From Dehalococcoidia bacterium (GTDB taxonomy: Bacteria > Chloroflexota > Dehalococcoidia > Bin125): 64,000 bases of DNA. Under the pieces are notes generated by a model. That model was not told the DNA's origin. It saw only the letters and a list, made by a program, of their open reading frames with translations, and ran no database searches. Location: NCBI GenBank assembly GCA_963662615.2, contig CAXXSR010000001.1, positions 512,001-576,000 of the forward strand. The letters are read 5' to 3'. Within the stretch, counting starts at the first letter, position 1. Every line of letters starts with the position of its first letter. Made by a program: the position numbers and the translations under genes. Positions 36,649 to 49,165 of this stretch are shown one piece after another.

Positions 36649-37332
36649 TTACATCTCGAAACGGTAGCCGGCCCCGCGCACGGTGATCAGGTGACGGGGC
36701 CGGGCAGGGTCTTGCTCAATCTTCTGACGCAGCCAGCGGACATGGACGTCCACCGTGCGGGTGCCGCCGGCGAAGCTGATGCCCCAGACGTCGTTGAGCA
36801 GTTGATCGCGTGTGAAGGTCTGACCGGGATGGCGGCTGAGATAGGCGAGCAGTTCGTACTCCTTCGGCCGCAAGGGCACGACCGCTTCCCCGCGGCGCAG
36901 TTGGCGGCGGGCCCGGTCCAGCGTGAAGGCGCCGAAGTGGATCGCCGCCGGCTCTACGGCCTCGACCGCGCTTGCACGCCGCCGCAGGTGCGCGCGCACC
37001 CGCGCCAGCAGCTCCACGACGGAAAATGGCTTGGTGACATAGTCATCCGCGCCCAAGTCCAGCCCCTGCACTCGGTCGGACTGGGCCGTGCGCGCGGTGA
37101 GCAGGAGAACGGGCACATCAGACTCTCGGCGCAGGCGCCGCAACATCTCCGTCCCACTCAGGACGGGCAGCATCACGTCCAGCAGGATCAGGTCGGGTTG
37201 GACGCTGCGGGCCAGCGAGAGCCCGGCCGCACCGTCGGCGGCCGTATGAACGTCGTAGCCTTCGCGCTCAAGGTTGAAACGGAGGGTTTCCGTGAGACTC
37301 GCCTCATCCTCAACCACTAAGACGCTTGTCAC
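36649..37332 (-). CDS. phoB: PhoB/PhoP-like response regulator
   Basis: VLVVEDE, LDVMLP, GADDYVTKPF, TRTVDVHVRWLRQKIE. Confidence 0.88.
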   Translation of the reverse strand: MTSVLVVEDEASLTETLRFNLEREGYDVHTAADGAAGLSLARSVQPDLILLDVMLPVLSGTEMLRRLRRESDVPVLLLTARTAQSDRVQGLDLGADDYVTKPFSVVELLARVRAHLRRRASAVEAVEPAAIHFGAFTLDRARRQLRRGEAVVPLRPKEYELLAYLSRHPGQTFTRDQLLNDVWGISFAGGTRTVDVHVRWLRQKIEQDPARPRHLITVRGAGYRFEM

Positions 37333-37428
37333 CGATGCCGCCTCCCGCCGGGCCCTGCCTTGTCGCTATTGTTCGTGTCCCCCTCGTGGCGCGCAAGCGC
37401 TGGGACCCGGGACGGGAAGGGTGGGACC

Positions 37429-37860
37429 ATGACGGCGGCCCGCGTAACCGGATCAGGCGCCACCAGCGAACCCGCGCCGCCAGCGCGTGGCATCCTTGTG
37501 GTGGACGACATGGAGCCGCTGCGCCGGGCCTGCGCCGTCGTGCTGGAGCGGGCGGGCTACCGCGTGCAGGAAGCGGGCAGCGGTGCGGAGGCGCTGGCGC
37601 TCCTGCGAGAGAGGGCGGACGCCGCCGCCGACGTGATGGTGCTGGACTTGACGCTGCCCGACCTCTCCGGCCGCGACACCTACGCTGCAGTGCGCGACTT
37701 GCCCCAGCCGCCCCAGGTCGTCTTCGTCAGCGGCTACGACGAAACCGCCCTCAGCGGCCTGAGGCCCGCGCCGGACTGGACCTTCCTGCAGAAGCCGTTC
37801 ACGGCGGCCGAACTCCTCGCGGCGATCCGGGAGATGGAGCTGCGGCCCCGCTGCGCCTAG
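37429..37860 (+). CDS. Single-domain response regulator
   Basis: ILVVDD, LDLTLPD, VSGY, LQKPF. Confidence 0.85.
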   Translation: MTAARVTGSGATSEPAPPARGILVVDDMEPLRRACAVVLERAGYRVQEAGSGAEALALLRERADAAADVMVLDLTLPDLSGRDTYAAVRDLPQPPQVVFVSGYDETALSGLRPAPDWTFLQKPFTAAELLAAIREMELRPRCA

Positions 37861-40239
37861 CCGCCCGCCGGCGTGGGAGCCGGCCCCGGCTCCGACTCCA
37901 GCTCGCGCTCCTCCCGATCGCGCTCGGGGGAATCCTTGGGGCCGCCGGGCAGCCATTCGAGCCACCAGGGCAAATACCACAGGCGATCGTGGGCGAGCCG
38001 CATCATCGCCGGCAGCACCACGATGAGGATGATCGTCGCGTCCAAGAGGACGGTCAGCGCCAGCGCGAAGCCGAACTGCTGCAGCGCGATGCTGCGCGTG
38101 AAGGCGAAGACGGTCGCCACGGCCACCATGATCGCGGCGGCGCTGAAGACGATCCCAAACCCGTCGCGCACACCCATCAGGATCGCGTCCTCCGTGCTGT
38201 AGCCGCGCCGGTACAGCTCCTGCACGCGCCCCATGGCGAAGGTGAGATAGTCCATGGAGATCCCGAACGTGATCGCGAAGACCAACAGGGGCAGCCACGA
38301 CTCAATGATGCCGGTGGCCTCGAAATCCAAGATCCCCTCCAGCAGCCAGCCTTCCTGAAACACCTGCACCAGGATGCCGTAGGCCGCTCCCACCGCCAGC
38401 AGGTTCAGGACCACGGCGATGGCCGGGAGGATCAGCGAGCGGTACATCACCACCAGGATGATGTAGGCCGTGATGATCACGAAGGCGATGACGAGGGACG
38501 TCTTGGCGTTGATGTTGTCGCGGAAGTCAATCTGGCCGGCGGTCACGCCGCCGGTCAGCGCCGCCACGTCGCTGTCGCCGAAGGCGGCGGGCACCAGCTC
38601 ATCGCGGAGGAGGTTGACGGCGTCAATGGCCTCTTGGTCGCCAGTGTCGGCGTTGATGGGGATCTCGATGATCTCCGTATCGCCGGCCCGGTTGATCTCG
38701 GTGCCGATCGGCTGAGCGAAGGGCACGTGCTCCCCGGCGGCCTCGGCCCGGTCGATCTCGCGGCCGACGGCGTCGGTCAGCGCCGTCACCCCCGCCTGCA
38801 CGTCGGCGGCGAAGATGTTCTTGCCTCTGCCCGGGTCCACGATCACCTCGGCCGGCGCGAGGATGCCGATGGTGAAGTCCTCTTCCAGCGCCTCGATCGC
38901 CGCCTTCGACTCCAAGTCGTCGCTAAACGAGGTGACGCCGTTGAAGCCCAGGTTGAAGTTGAGGATGGGATAGGCGAACACCAGCAGGACGGCGATTCCC
39001 AGAGCCCCGGAGATCCACCAGCCGCGGCCCGTGCAGGAGCGCTTCACCAGGAAGCCGGCGGCCGCATTGAGGACGCCCGTCTGGGCGACGTTGTGGCGGC
39101 GCAGACCGGGGATGCTCCACTTGCTCAGCCCGTCGCCCAGGATCGCCGGCATCAGCGTCTGCGCCACCACCAGCGCCACGGCGATGGCGACCACCGCGGC
39201 AATCGCCAGACTGGTGAAGACGGGATCGCCCACCAAGAACATCCCCAAGATGGCCAGCATCGTCGTCGTGCCCGCGATCAGCACGCCCTTGCCCGCGGTC
39301 GTGCCGGCGATGGCCGCCGCGACCGCTTCGTCGCGCCCCCGCCCCCGCTCGTAGCGGAAGCGGGTGAAGAGGAAGAGGGCGTAGTCAATGCCGGCCGCCA
39401 GCCCCATTAACAGCACCACTTGGAGCCAGACGCTGAGCATGGGGGTGAATTGGCTGATGATCGTGACCACGCCGGCCGCCATCGCCACGCCGAGATAGGC
39501 GAGGGCGATGGGCACGCCCGCCGCCACGATCGCGCCCAGCGCAAGGACCATGATGATGATGGTCAGCGGCAGGTTGACCAGTGAAGCGAAGCTGAAGTCT
39601 TCGTCACTGAGTTTTTCGTCGTCGTCGATTAATAGGAACCCACCCCCGATCAGGATCTGGAATCCGTTTGAGCGGGACGCATGTTCCTCCACCAAGTCGC
39701 GGATGGTGTCCAGCTCTTCGTCAACGTCGTCGAACTCCGCCGTGGCGTAGACGGCGCTGGCGAAGGTGACGTCGCCACCTCCATCACCGCTGCCGGCGCT
39801 GACCAGCGGCGACTGATCGCGCGGCTCGCCGATGTCGTAGTGGCTCTCGGTGGCGGCGAACACGCGCGTGCTGGATGCCACCTCCGTACCGGTCACCGAC
39901 TCGGTGTTGAGGGCGCGCAGCGCGCGCAGCTCCCCCAGCAGCCCCTCCACCGTGGCCCGATACTCCCGGTCGTCGACGGTCAGGGTGGGGTGTTCGAAGA
40001 CGATCGTCTCCGAAACGCTGTCGCCGGCCTCGCCGAAGCGCTCCTCCCGTAGATTGAAGACGTCGGCCGACTCGCCCGTCCCCTCGCTGTCCAGCTCGTC
40101 GTCGCTGGCTGAAGCAGGCGCCCACGGTGAAGACGGCGATGAACAGCCACGCCACCAGCACCAGGCGGCGGTGGCGGCGGCTCCAGCCCGCGATGCGGCC
40201 GGTAAAGAAAGGGGGCGGGTCCCGCGCGATTTCCGCCAT
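37857..40239 (-). pseudogene. MMPL/RND-family transporter, frameshifted near 40110
   Basis: RRHRRLVLVAW N-terminus lies in a different frame from the body (GIDYALF, FGISMDY, DATII). Confidence 0.8.
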
Positions 40240-40284
40240 GGCGCCGTTTCTTCTTCCCATCCGGGCGCGGCCGCCCCCGCCCCC

Positions 40285-41643
40285 CTACTCTTCGAAGAAG
40301 GCGATGGTCCCGTTCTCTACGAAGCAGGGCACCAGCCCCAGATCGCGCGCCACATGCTCCAGACCCTCGACCTCCCCGATCAAACGCCGATCGCCGGAGG
40401 AGTCGAAGGCGACGTTGCCGGAGAGGCCGCCCGACAACAGCGAGGCAGCCACCACGCCCCGCAGCAACGTCGGATCGACGCGCAGCGAGCCGTCCGCTTG
40501 GGACTGCGCCACTGCCGCCACGGCGTCCAGGAGGATGGTGGCCGCGTCCGCGTAGTGCGCCACGAACGCGGCCGTGGGCCGGCCGTCATCGTCGTCGGGG
40601 TCGCTGTCGTCATGTACCGCCTCGAAGGCGTCCACGAACGTCGCCGGCAGCGGCGGCGAACAGCCGGAAAACGCCGCGCCCTCCGCCAGGGCGCCCAGGC
40701 TGACCAGGAAGTCACAGCCGGGCCCGCCGCAGACGTCGTCGCCGGTGGCGTAGGAGCCGCCCCAGCCGGCGTCGCGGAGTTGCCGCAGCAGCAGGCCCGC
40801 CTCCGGGTTGCGGCCCGCGAAGATGACGACGTCCGGATCGGCCCGCGCGATCTCTGCCGCCAGGTCGCTAAAGTCCACCGCCCCCGGCTCAATGCTGGCG
40901 CGTGTGACACGTACCCGCGCCTCCCCGCCGGACAGCTCCTCCACCGACAGCAGCTCGCGCTCAATGTCATCCGCCAGACCGCGGCCGTAGGGCTCACTGT
41001 CATCCACGATGTAGGCATCGTCCGCCTCTAAGAAGTCGGGGTCCGACACGTACACGCGGAAGAGGATGCCTTGGGTGTCGTTGCGATAGGCCGTCCGGAA
41101 GAAGAAGTGGCCAGCGGGCTGCTCGTCGGCGAGTTCGCTGAGGGTGGCCGAGCCCGAGATCGCGACGATGCCGGCGTCGGCGTAGATGGGGAGCACGGCC
41201 AGCGCTCTGCCGCTGCATTGCGGGCCGATCACGCCCACCAGCCCCGGCCGTTACGCGTGCCGTTGCGCGGCCAGCGCCGTCACGTCCGCCTCCGTGCAGC
41301 CGTCGTCCTCGGCCACCACGCTGATGGCGTGCCCGCCGATCTGCTCCCCGTTGGCCTCCATCCACAGCTGCACCGCCACGACGACCGCGTCGCGGTACTC
41401 CAGGCCGAGGCTGGCGATGGGGCCCGTCAGCGCTGAGGAGACGCCGATCACGATCGGCTCACCCGCCGCAATGACAAGGGGGATGTCGGGGCCGCGTTGG
41501 ATGTCGGTGAGACCCGTGTTCGGGTCCTCTGCATCCTCGCCGGCGATGGCGGTCAGCACGAGGAAGACCACGATCAGCGCGCCGACCACGATGCCAACAG
41601 ACTTGCGCCGCCTCAGCAGGAAGCGGACCGGATTGGCAGCCAT
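40285..41643 (-). pseudogene. Branched-chain amino acid-type ABC substrate-binding protein split by in-frame TAA at 41251-41253
   Basis: SALTG..EDDGC...RHA*RPGLVGVIGPQCSG..ISGSAT..FFRT reads in one frame. Confidence 0.82.
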
Positions 41644-41738
41644 AAGATGTACCGCCCTTGGCCTACCCGCCGGAGCCTAGCAATTCGGTGACACCGTGGC
41701 AACGAAGTGGAGGCCGGTCGCTCCCCCGGCCTGAGGTC

Positions 41739-41999
41739 CTACGTGCGGCCTGCCTCCTCGCCTGGCGGGGGGGAGGGCTGCAGCGGCCGTCGCGAAGCCC
41801 ACACGATCTCCCATAGCTGCGGCTCCGGTTGAGGCTCCGCTGGCACGCTGTCGCGCGAGGGGAGCCCCTCCATGCAGGCGGCAATGAAATCCGGGAAGTC
41901 CAGCGGGCGGCCACTCAGCAAGAAGCGGTCCGCCTCAGCGACGTTCACCTGAGTGACGTCGTCCGGTTCTGGGGTCGGATCCGGCTCCGTTGACGGCAT
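41739..41999 (-). CDS. Small hypothetical protein
   Basis: ATG-started acidic/Pro-rich ORF; no motif. Confidence 0.4.
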   Translation of the reverse strand: MPSTEPDPTPEPDDVTQVNVAEADRFLLSGRPLDFPDFIAACMEGLPSRDSVPAEPQPEPQLWEIVWASRRPLQPSPPPGEEAGRT

Positions 42000-42274
42000 G
42001 GCGCTCTCAAGCGAACGTCTTGCTGCAGGGCTCTGCGACGGCGGGGTTCAGCATCCTCCCGGGGCATGCGTCGGTCCAGCGCCGCCCGCCCCGAAGCTGC
42101 GAGACCGGATCCCGCCCCGCATCCACCCCGCCCTCGTCATGGGCCCGCATGGTGGCGACGCCCGCGCGGGGCACGGTAGACTGAAACGACCGGCCGGCCC
42201 TGGATGGGGCGGACTACCGACCTGCTACGACGACGCCGCCGCGAGGCTTTCTTGCCGACCGCCGGAGGTGCTTG

Positions 42275-44095
42275 ATGAGCCCTGGAGTGTACGACTTCGC
42301 CATCGCCATCGGCGGTGCTGCCGGTCAGGGCATCGCCGTGCCGGGCAACATTCTCGCCCGCACCATGGTGCGCCACGGCCTACAGATCTACGCCTACAAC
42401 GCCTACCAGTCCATCATCCGCGGCGGACACATCTTTCTGACCGTGCGCATCCGCGACGGCGAAGTCCCCACCCACGGCGACAAGCTCGATCTGCTTATGT
42501 GCCTGAACCAGGACACCATGGACCGCCACCTGCGCCTGCTGGCGCCGGGCGCCAAGGCGATCTTCAACAGCGACGCGGTGCAGCCCGGCGAGGCGACGGC
42601 GGGGGTGCAGCTCTGCCCGACTCCGGTCGCCGACCTGACCGACAAGAACCCCAACAAGGTGCTGCAGAACACCGTCTTTCTGGGGATGGCCATGGCGATG
42701 ATGGGCCTGGAGTTCCAGGTGCTGGAGGAGGCGCTGAGGCAGCAGTTCGGTCGCAAGGGGGAGAAAGTCGTCGGCGAGAACCTCGGCGTCGCCCGGGCCG
42801 GATTCGACTACGCCCGGGCCACCTTCGACCCCTATCCGGATCCGGTCCCTCAGGGGTCCAAGCCCATGGCCGTGTGGACCGGCAATGAGGCGCTGGCCAT
42901 GGGCGGCGCCGCGGCGGGGGTGAAGTTCTACTGTGCCTATCCCATGAGCCCTGCCACCGGCGTGCTGCACTGGATGGCCAACAACTCGCGCGACCTCGGC
43001 ATCATGGTGCGCCAGGTGGAGGACGAGATCGGCGTCGCCAACATGACGATCGGCGCGGCGCTTGCCGGCTGCCGGGCGATGTGCGCCACCTCGGGCGGCG
43101 GCTTCGCCCTGATGAGCGAGGCGATCGGCTCGGCGGCGATGATGGAGATCCCCCTCGTCTTCATCGACGTGCAGCGCGCGGGCCCGTCCACGGGCGTGCC
43201 CACGAAGACGGAGCAGGGAGACCTGTGGCAGACGCTGGGCGCCAGCCAGGGCGACTTCGAGCGCTTTATCGTGGCGCCGAAGAACGCGCTTGACGCCTTC
43301 AACACAATGCCGGAGCTGTTCAACTTGGTGGACCGCTGCCAGTGCCCCGGCATCGTCGTTTCCGACCTGCTGATCTCGGAGGGCACCTTCAGCGTCGATC
43401 CGGACGCCATCGACCTGCACCCAGGCATCGACCGGGGCGCGCTGATCACTGAGCCGGCCCCGTCCTCCGACGGGGATCTCGCCGATCCGGGCACGCGCGA
43501 GGGCACCCGCTACCTGCGCTACAAGAACACCGAGAGCGGCGTCTCCCCGCGGGCGCTTCCCGGCCTGGAGGGCTACGCGCACGTCGTTGCCACGGATGAG
43601 CACGACGAGGACAGCGTCCTGATCAGCGACGAGTTCACCAACCCCCATAAGCGCCGCATGATGGTGGAGAAGCGCGCCCGCAAGATGGAGGGCATCCTTG
43701 ACATCATCGCCGCGCCCGAGTTGGAGGGGCCGGCGGACGCCCAGGTGACCTTGATCGGCTGGGGCTCGACGCACGGCGTCATCAAAGAGGCCGTGGCGCA
43801 GCTGGCGGCGATCGGCATCGTGGCGAACCATCTGCCCATCAAGTGGATCGTGCCGTTCCACGCCGAGGCGGTGCGGCGGATCCTGTCGTCGGCCAAGCGC
43901 ACGATCATCGTGGAGAATAACTACAGCGGGCAGTTCTACCGCTACATGCGCGGCGAAGCCGGCATCGATGTCGACGGCCACATCCGCAAGTACGATGGCG
44001 AGCCGTTCATGCCGCACCACATCGTCCGCGCCGTGGAGGAGCAGCTCGCCGGGAACACCGTTCACTCGGTGCCCGAACAGGAGATCATGGTCTAG
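42275..44095 (+). CDS. korA: 2-oxoacid:ferredoxin oxidoreductase alpha subunit
   Basis: GGAAGQG, IRGGH, YPMSPAT, EDEI, ATSGGGFALMSE, QRAGPSTGVPTKTEQGD. Confidence 0.94.
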   Translation: MSPGVYDFAIAIGGAAGQGIAVPGNILARTMVRHGLQIYAYNAYQSIIRGGHIFLTVRIRDGEVPTHGDKLDLLMCLNQDTMDRHLRLLAPGAKAIFNSDAVQPGEATAGVQLCPTPVADLTDKNPNKVLQNTVFLGMAMAMMGLEFQVLEEALRQQFGRKGEKVVGENLGVARAGFDYARATFDPYPDPVPQGSKPMAVWTGNEALAMGGAAAGVKFYCAYPMSPATGVLHWMANNSRDLGIMVRQVEDEIGVANMTIGAALAGCRAMCATSGGGFALMSEAIGSAAMMEIPLVFIDVQRAGPSTGVPTKTEQGDLWQTLGASQGDFERFIVAPKNALDAFNTMPELFNLVDRCQCPGIVVSDLLISEGTFSVDPDAIDLHPGIDRGALITEPAPSSDGDLADPGTREGTRYLRYKNTESGVSPRALPGLEGYAHVVATDEHDEDSVLISDEFTNPHKRRMMVEKRARKMEGILDIIAAPELEGPADAQVTLIGWGSTHGVIKEAVAQLAAIGIVANHLPIKWIVPFHAEAVRRILSSAKRTIIVENNYSGQFYRYMRGEAGIDVDGHIRKYDGEPFMPHHIVRAVEEQLAGNTVHSVPEQEIMV

Positions 44096-44172
44096 CGTGA
44101 CAAGAAGGCCGAGCTCGTCCACGGCTCGCGGCAGGCCCGTCCTGGCCACGGTGACCTGAGGAGAGGAACACG

Positions 44173-45081
44173 ATGAGCGCAGTAAGCACCGAGACCATTG
44201 AAGGTGAGCGCCGGGAGCTAAGCGCGAAGGACTTCAAGGGCAAGAGTGATCCGGACTGGTGTCCGGGCTGCGGCGACTTCGGCGTGCTGCGCAGTCTGCA
44301 GGCGGTCTGCGCGGAGCTTGGCCTCAGGCCGCACCAGTTGCTCACCATCAGCGGCATTGGCTGCTCGTCCAACTTCCCCGGCTACTTCAACTCCTACGGC
44401 GCCCACACGCTGCACGGCCGGATCCTGCCCGTGGCCACGGGCGCCAAACTGGCCAACCATGAGCTGACGGTGGTCTGCGCGGGCGGCGACGGCGACGGCT
44501 ACGGAATTGGCGGCAACCACTTCGTTCACATCGCCCGGCGCAACGTGGATCTGACCTACATCGTCATGAACAATCAGATCTACGGCCTGACCACGGGCCA
44601 GGTTTCGCCCACCAGCGAACTGGGCATGAAAACGAGAAGCACGCCGTTCGGCAACGTCGAGCGGCCGATCAACCCGATCACATCCGCGATCATGAACGGC
44701 GCCACCTTCGTGGCGCGCGGCTACACGGGCGACCAGAAGCAGCTGCAATCCTTGATCCGCCAGGCGATCGAGCATAGCGGCTTCTCACTGATCGACGTGT
44801 TCAGCCCCTGCGTCACCTTCAACCACGACAACTCCTACGCCTTCTTTAAGCCGCGCGTGCGGCGCCTGGAGGACGAAGGGCACGACGCCTCCGACTGGAA
44901 GGCGGCCTGCGAAAAGGCGATGCTCTGGGGCGACGACATCTATACGGGCCTCTTCTTGCAAACTCAGGTGCCCACCCTGGGCGAGAACGAGCCGGTACTG
45001 CAGGAGGGCGGCCCGCTCGCCTTCCGGCCGCTCGGCCTCAGCGAGGAGGAGACGGGCCGGATCATTCAGCGGATGATGTAG
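44173..45081 (+). CDS. korB: 2-oxoacid:ferredoxin oxidoreductase beta subunit
   Basis: WCPGCGDF, SGIGCS, LHGR, GDGD TPP motif, NNQIYGLTTGQ, SPCVTFN. Confidence 0.94.
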   Translation: MSAVSTETIEGERRELSAKDFKGKSDPDWCPGCGDFGVLRSLQAVCAELGLRPHQLLTISGIGCSSNFPGYFNSYGAHTLHGRILPVATGAKLANHELTVVCAGGDGDGYGIGGNHFVHIARRNVDLTYIVMNNQIYGLTTGQVSPTSELGMKTRSTPFGNVERPINPITSAIMNGATFVARGYTGDQKQLQSLIRQAIEHSGFSLIDVFSPCVTFNHDNSYAFFKPRVRRLEDEGHDASDWKAACEKAMLWGDDIYTGLFLQTQVPTLGENEPVLQEGGPLAFRPLGLSEEETGRIIQRMM

Positions 45082-45217
45082 GCGCCGCCGGCGAGTCGGT
45101 CGCCGGGGCGCCGGCGCAGCGCTACGCTGCAAGGCCCATGCCTTCCACGCCTCCAACGCGGCGGATCCCCCTCCCTCTTTCCAGCGTGATGGAGCCCGCG
45201 TTGATCCCAACTGCGAG

Positions 45218-46342
45218 ATGACGCCCGCACGAGCCGACGTCGTGATCTGTGGCGGCGGGGTGATCGGCGCCGCCGTGGCCTACTACCTGGCCAAGCGCGG
45301 TGTTCGCGGCCTGATCGTGGAGGCGGAGGGGATCGCCTCCGGTGCCAGCGGCGCCGCCGCGGGGATCCTAACCCCGCCGATGCTCCCCGACCCGCGCGAT
45401 CCGCTGGGTGCCATGCTGCGCGCCGGCTTCGACCTCCACCTGGAGCTGGCGCGGACGTTGCCCCAGGAGTCAGGCCTGGACTACGCCTTCGCGCGCACCC
45501 CCCGCCTCTGGCTCGCCGTGAGCGAGGCGGAGGAGCGCCACGGCCGTCGTGTCGCGCAGACGCTGCGCGCGGCGGGCGCGGAGGGACGGTGGCTGACCCC
45601 GCCCCAGGTGCATGATCTGTGCGACTGGATCGACCGTCCCATCCGCGGCGCGCTGCTGGGCGAACTCGCCGCGCAGCTCGATCCGCATCGCTTCACCCAC
45701 GCGCTCATCGCGGCGGCGGAGCGGCTGGGCGCATCGACGCTGACGGGGCGCGTGACCGGCTTGGACCGCAAGGGCGAGCGGTTGACGGGCGTGCGCGTCG
45801 ACGGCCGCCTAATCCCCACGGACACCGCCGTCATCGCCATGGGGCCCTGGTCGAGCGAGGCGGCCGCCTGGCTCGGCAGCCCCGTGCCGGTGGAGCCGCT
45901 CAAGGGCCAGATCGTGCGCGTTCGCCCGCCCCGCGACCTGGCCCCCTGCGGCTTCTCCGACGCCAACGACGACTACGCCGTGCCCAAGCTCGGCGGCCTG
46001 GTCTACCTGGGGACCACGGAGGAGCGCGTGGGTTTTGATGTGACCCCCACGGCCGCCGCGCGCGATCGCATCCTCCGCTTCGGGGCCCGCTTCGCCTCGG
46101 TGTTGGAGGGCGCGGAGGTCGTGGAGCAGACGGCCTGCCTGCGCCCGCTCTCCAGGGACGGCCTCCCCATCATGGGCCCCGCCCCCGGCCTGGCCGGCGC
46201 CTACGTCGCCACCGGCCACGGCCGCAAGGGGCTGATGCTCGCTCCCGCCAGCGGACGCGCCTTGGCCGAGCTGGTCGTCGCGGGGCGAGCGTCGTCCATT
46301 GATCTGACTGCCTTCGCTCCCGGCCGCTTTCAGAACGCGTAA
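45218..46342 (+). CDS. FAD-dependent oxidoreductase (glycine oxidase/DAO family)
   Basis: [34 protein letters not shown]. Confidence 0.88.
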   Translation: MTPARADVVICGGGVIGAAVAYYLAKRGVRGLIVEAEGIASGASGAAAGILTPPMLPDPRDPLGAMLRAGFDLHLELARTLPQESGLDYAFARTPRLWLAVSEAEERHGRRVAQTLRAAGAEGRWLTPPQVHDLCDWIDRPIRGALLGELAAQLDPHRFTHALIAAAERLGASTLTGRVTGLDRKGERLTGVRVDGRLIPTDTAVIAMGPWSSEAAAWLGSPVPVEPLKGQIVRVRPPRDLAPCGFSDANDDYAVPKLGGLVYLGTTEERVGFDVTPTAAARDRILRFGARFASVLEGAEVVEQTACLRPLSRDGLPIMGPAPGLAGAYVATGHGRKGLMLAPASGRALAELVVAGRASSIDLTAFAPGRFQNA

Positions 46343-46464
46343 CGGGATCTCGCCGCGGCGCTCCGCGTCCGCTCAAGCAGTCGCCGCGCTCGACATTTCG
46401 TCCCGATCTGGTAGGTTCGCGGGAGCGATCCAACGGCTGCGCACCATCCCATGAGGAGCACGCG

Positions 46465-48078
46465 ATGACCCGCACGAGTGAGCAGGACCGAACGGCCGCG
46501 CGCCCATCCGGCGCTGGGATTGAGGTGCTGGGCAAGGTGACACCGGCCTTCGAGGCGATCCTCACCCCGGAGGCGCTGGCCTTCCTGGCGGGCCTCCAGC
46601 GGGAGTTCAACGCCCGGCGCCAGGAGCTGCTCCAGCGTCGCACCGAGCGGCAGGCCGAGTTTGATCGCGGCGTCCTGCCCGACTTCCTCCCCGAGACCGA
46701 AGCGGTCCGCCACGGCGACTGGCGGGTCGCGGAGACTCCGGACGACCTGCAGCAGCGCTGGGTGGAGATCACCGGCCCGGTGGAGCGCAAGATGATGATC
46801 AACGCGCTCAACTCCGGCGCCGACGTCTTCATGGCCGACTTTGAGGACGCGCTCTCTCCTACCTGGACCAATGTCATGGACGGGCAGATCAACCTCTACG
46901 ACGCCGTCCGCCGCGACATTGTCTTCGAGAACCCCGACGGCCGCCGCTACACCCTCAACGACGAGGTGGCCACCCTCCTCGTGCGGCCGCGGGGCTGGCA
47001 CCTGCCGGAAAAAAACGTCCTCGTTGACGGGGAGCCGGTCTCGGCGAGCCTCTTCGACGTTGGCCTGTACTTGTTCCACAACGCCAAGGAACGGCTGGAT
47101 CGGGGCACCGGCCCCTACTTCTATCTCCCCAAGCTGGAGAGCCACTTGGAAGCGCGCCTCTGGGACGACGTCTTCACCTTCGCCGAGGACGCGCTCGCCA
47201 TCCCGCACGGCAGCGCGCGCGCCACCGTCTTGATTGAGACGATCCCGGCGGCGTTCGAGATGGAGGAGATCCTCCACGCCCTCCGCGACCACATGTCGGG
47301 GCTCAACGCCGGCCGCTGGGACTACATCTTCAGCGTCATCAAGCGCTTCCAGCGTCGTGACGACGTCCTCTTCCCGGACCGCGCCCAGGTCGTCATGACC
47401 GTCCCCTTCATGCGCGCCTACACGGATCTGCTCGTCCGCACCTGCCACAAGCGTGGAGCGCACGCGATTGGCGGGATGGCGGCGTTCATCCCCAACCGCC
47501 GCGATCCGGAACTGACCGCCATGGCGCTGGCCAAGGTGCACGAGGACAAGGAGCGCGAGTCCGGCGACGGCTTCGACGGTACCTGGGTCGCGCACCCCGA
47601 TCTGGTCCCCGTTGCCCACGAGGTCTTCGCGCGCGTGCTCGGCGACTGGCCGCACCAGAAGGAGCGCCTGCGCGAGGACGTCCACACGGAGGCCGCCGAT
47701 CTGACGGACACCCGCATCCCCGGCGGGACCATTAGCGAAGAGGGCGTCCGCGCCAACGTCACCGTCGCCTTGCAGTACATCAATGCCTGGCTCAACGGCA
47801 CGGGCGCCGCCGCCATCAACAACCTCATGGAGGATGCGGCAACGGCCGAGATCTCGCGCGCGCAGCTCTGGCAGTGGCTGCGCCACGGCGCGCGTCTTGA
47901 CGACGGCCGCGCCGTCACCCGGGAGCTGTACCAGGAGATCCGCGTGGAGGCGCTGGCCGCGCTGGGCCGCGCTAACGAAAGCCGCTACGGAGAGGCCGCG
48001 GAGATCCTGGACGACCTTGTCCTGCGCGACGATTTCGAAGAGTTCTTGACGCTGCCGGCCTACCGGCTGCTTCCCTAG
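46465..48078 (+). CDS. aceB: Malate synthase A
   Basis: [59 protein letters not shown]. Confidence 0.96.
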   Translation: MTRTSEQDRTAARPSGAGIEVLGKVTPAFEAILTPEALAFLAGLQREFNARRQELLQRRTERQAEFDRGVLPDFLPETEAVRHGDWRVAETPDDLQQRWVEITGPVERKMMINALNSGADVFMADFEDALSPTWTNVMDGQINLYDAVRRDIVFENPDGRRYTLNDEVATLLVRPRGWHLPEKNVLVDGEPVSASLFDVGLYLFHNAKERLDRGTGPYFYLPKLESHLEARLWDDVFTFAEDALAIPHGSARATVLIETIPAAFEMEEILHALRDHMSGLNAGRWDYIFSVIKRFQRRDDVLFPDRAQVVMTVPFMRAYTDLLVRTCHKRGAHAIGGMAAFIPNRRDPELTAMALAKVHEDKERESGDGFDGTWVAHPDLVPVAHEVFARVLGDWPHQKERLREDVHTEAADLTDTRIPGGTISEEGVRANVTVALQYINAWLNGTGAAAINNLMEDAATAEISRAQLWQWLRHGARLDDGRAVTRELYQEIRVEALAALGRANESRYGEAAEILDDLVLRDDFEEFLTLPAYRLLP

Positions 48079-48104
48079 GCGGCCCTCGCCGCACGCGCCG
48101 CCGC

Positions 48105-48187
48105 CGTCCGTTCGTCCTGACCTGTCCTTCGCACAGCAGAAGGAGCCTGCCTGTCCTGATCCTTCCCTGCAGGAAGGACGAGCGGCG
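48105..48187. repeat. REP-like element between convergent genes (same family as 2541-2604)
   Basis: ccgttcgtcctga start; 48143-48180 is the reverse complement of 2556-2593. Confidence 0.7.
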
Positions 48188-48214
48188 ACTGCCCACCCTC
48201 AGAGCCGCCCCGCC

Positions 48215-49165
48215 TCAGAACATCGCGATGGGGTTCACCGGCGATCCGGTTCCCCCCGGCAGCAGCAGCGGGCCCAGCATGAGGAGGAAGTCCCAGCGCT
48301 TGCGCTGGCGGCAGGCGTCCAGCAACCGGTCCAGCCGCATGTTGTCGATCAGGTGCAGCCCGATGTAGACGATCCCGATCTGGTGCACCGGGCTGGCCCA
48401 GCCCTCAATCGCGGCGGGAACGGCGTCGGAGAAGCCGTCGCTGCCCAGCGCCGCCACGCCGCGTTCGTGCAGCCAGGGGAGGCAGTCGGCGCCCAGGCCG
48501 GCCATGCCGTCCTGGAAGCCCCAGGGGCCCTTCGCCGCGCGACGCGCATCCCGGCCGACCGACACCACCAAGATGTCGCCCTCTTCCACCTGCACCCCCT
48601 GACGCTGCTCCGCCGCGTCCAGCTCGCTTCGCGCCACCGTCTCGCCCAGCTCCAGCCAGTCAACGCCGCGAAGGCCGGGGATGTCGAGGAGCACGCCCCG
48701 GGAAAGGATGCCGTCTTCACAGGCCATGATGTTGTTACGGTTGGCGCCGGTGCTCGTGACCTCACTGGCGTCAACGCCGTTGTACATCTTGCCGTCCACA
48801 ATGAAGTGGCAGAGCGCATCCAGGTGGGTGTTCGCGAGCCCGTGCGGGGCGATCGCCATGTAGTCCGCGGTGAAGCTGAGGCCGGGGAGGACGGCGCCTT
48901 CCGGCATGTCGCCCGCCACCAGCATGTGATGCAGGACCGGCTCCGGATTGTCAACGTCCGGCATGACGGCGAGCGGGTGCGAGCAGCTCACCGTTGCGCC
49001 CTCACGGACGAGCCACGCGGCCGCCGCCCGTTTCGCTTGAGTGATGAGGTTGAGGGCGCCCCGCTCGTCCTCGGCGCCCCAGCGCCCCCAGTTCGAGACC
49101 TGCTGTGCCATCGCGTTCAGGTCGGCCTGGGTCAGAGTGGCGGCAGGAGTAGGGGCTTCGGCCAT
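48215..49165 (-). CDS. Cyclase-family (kynurenine formamidase-like) metallohydrolase, paralog 1
   Basis: NWGRWG.EDERGALN, HG...THLDALCH, RGVLLD, GTGSPVNP. Confidence 0.9.
   Translation of the reverse strand: MAEAPTPAATLTQADLNAMAQQVSNWGRWGAEDERGALNLITQAKRAAAAWLVREGATVSCSHPLAVMPDVDNPEPVLHHMLVAGDMPEGAVLPGLSFTADYMAIAPHGLANTHLDALCHFIVDGKMYNGVDASEVTSTGANRNNIMACEDGILSRGVLLDIPGLRGVDWLELGETVARSELDAAEQRQGVQVEEGDILVVSVGRDARRAAKGPWGFQDGMAGLGADCLPWLHERGVAALGSDGFSDAVPAAIEGWASPVHQIGIVYIGLHLIDNMRLDRLLDACRQRKRWDFLLMLGPLLLPGGTGSPVNPIAMF

Noticed and set aside
42177-42274. Possible riboswitch in the korA leader
   Set aside because: No recognisable aptamer consensus; GC-rich pairing is expected by chance.
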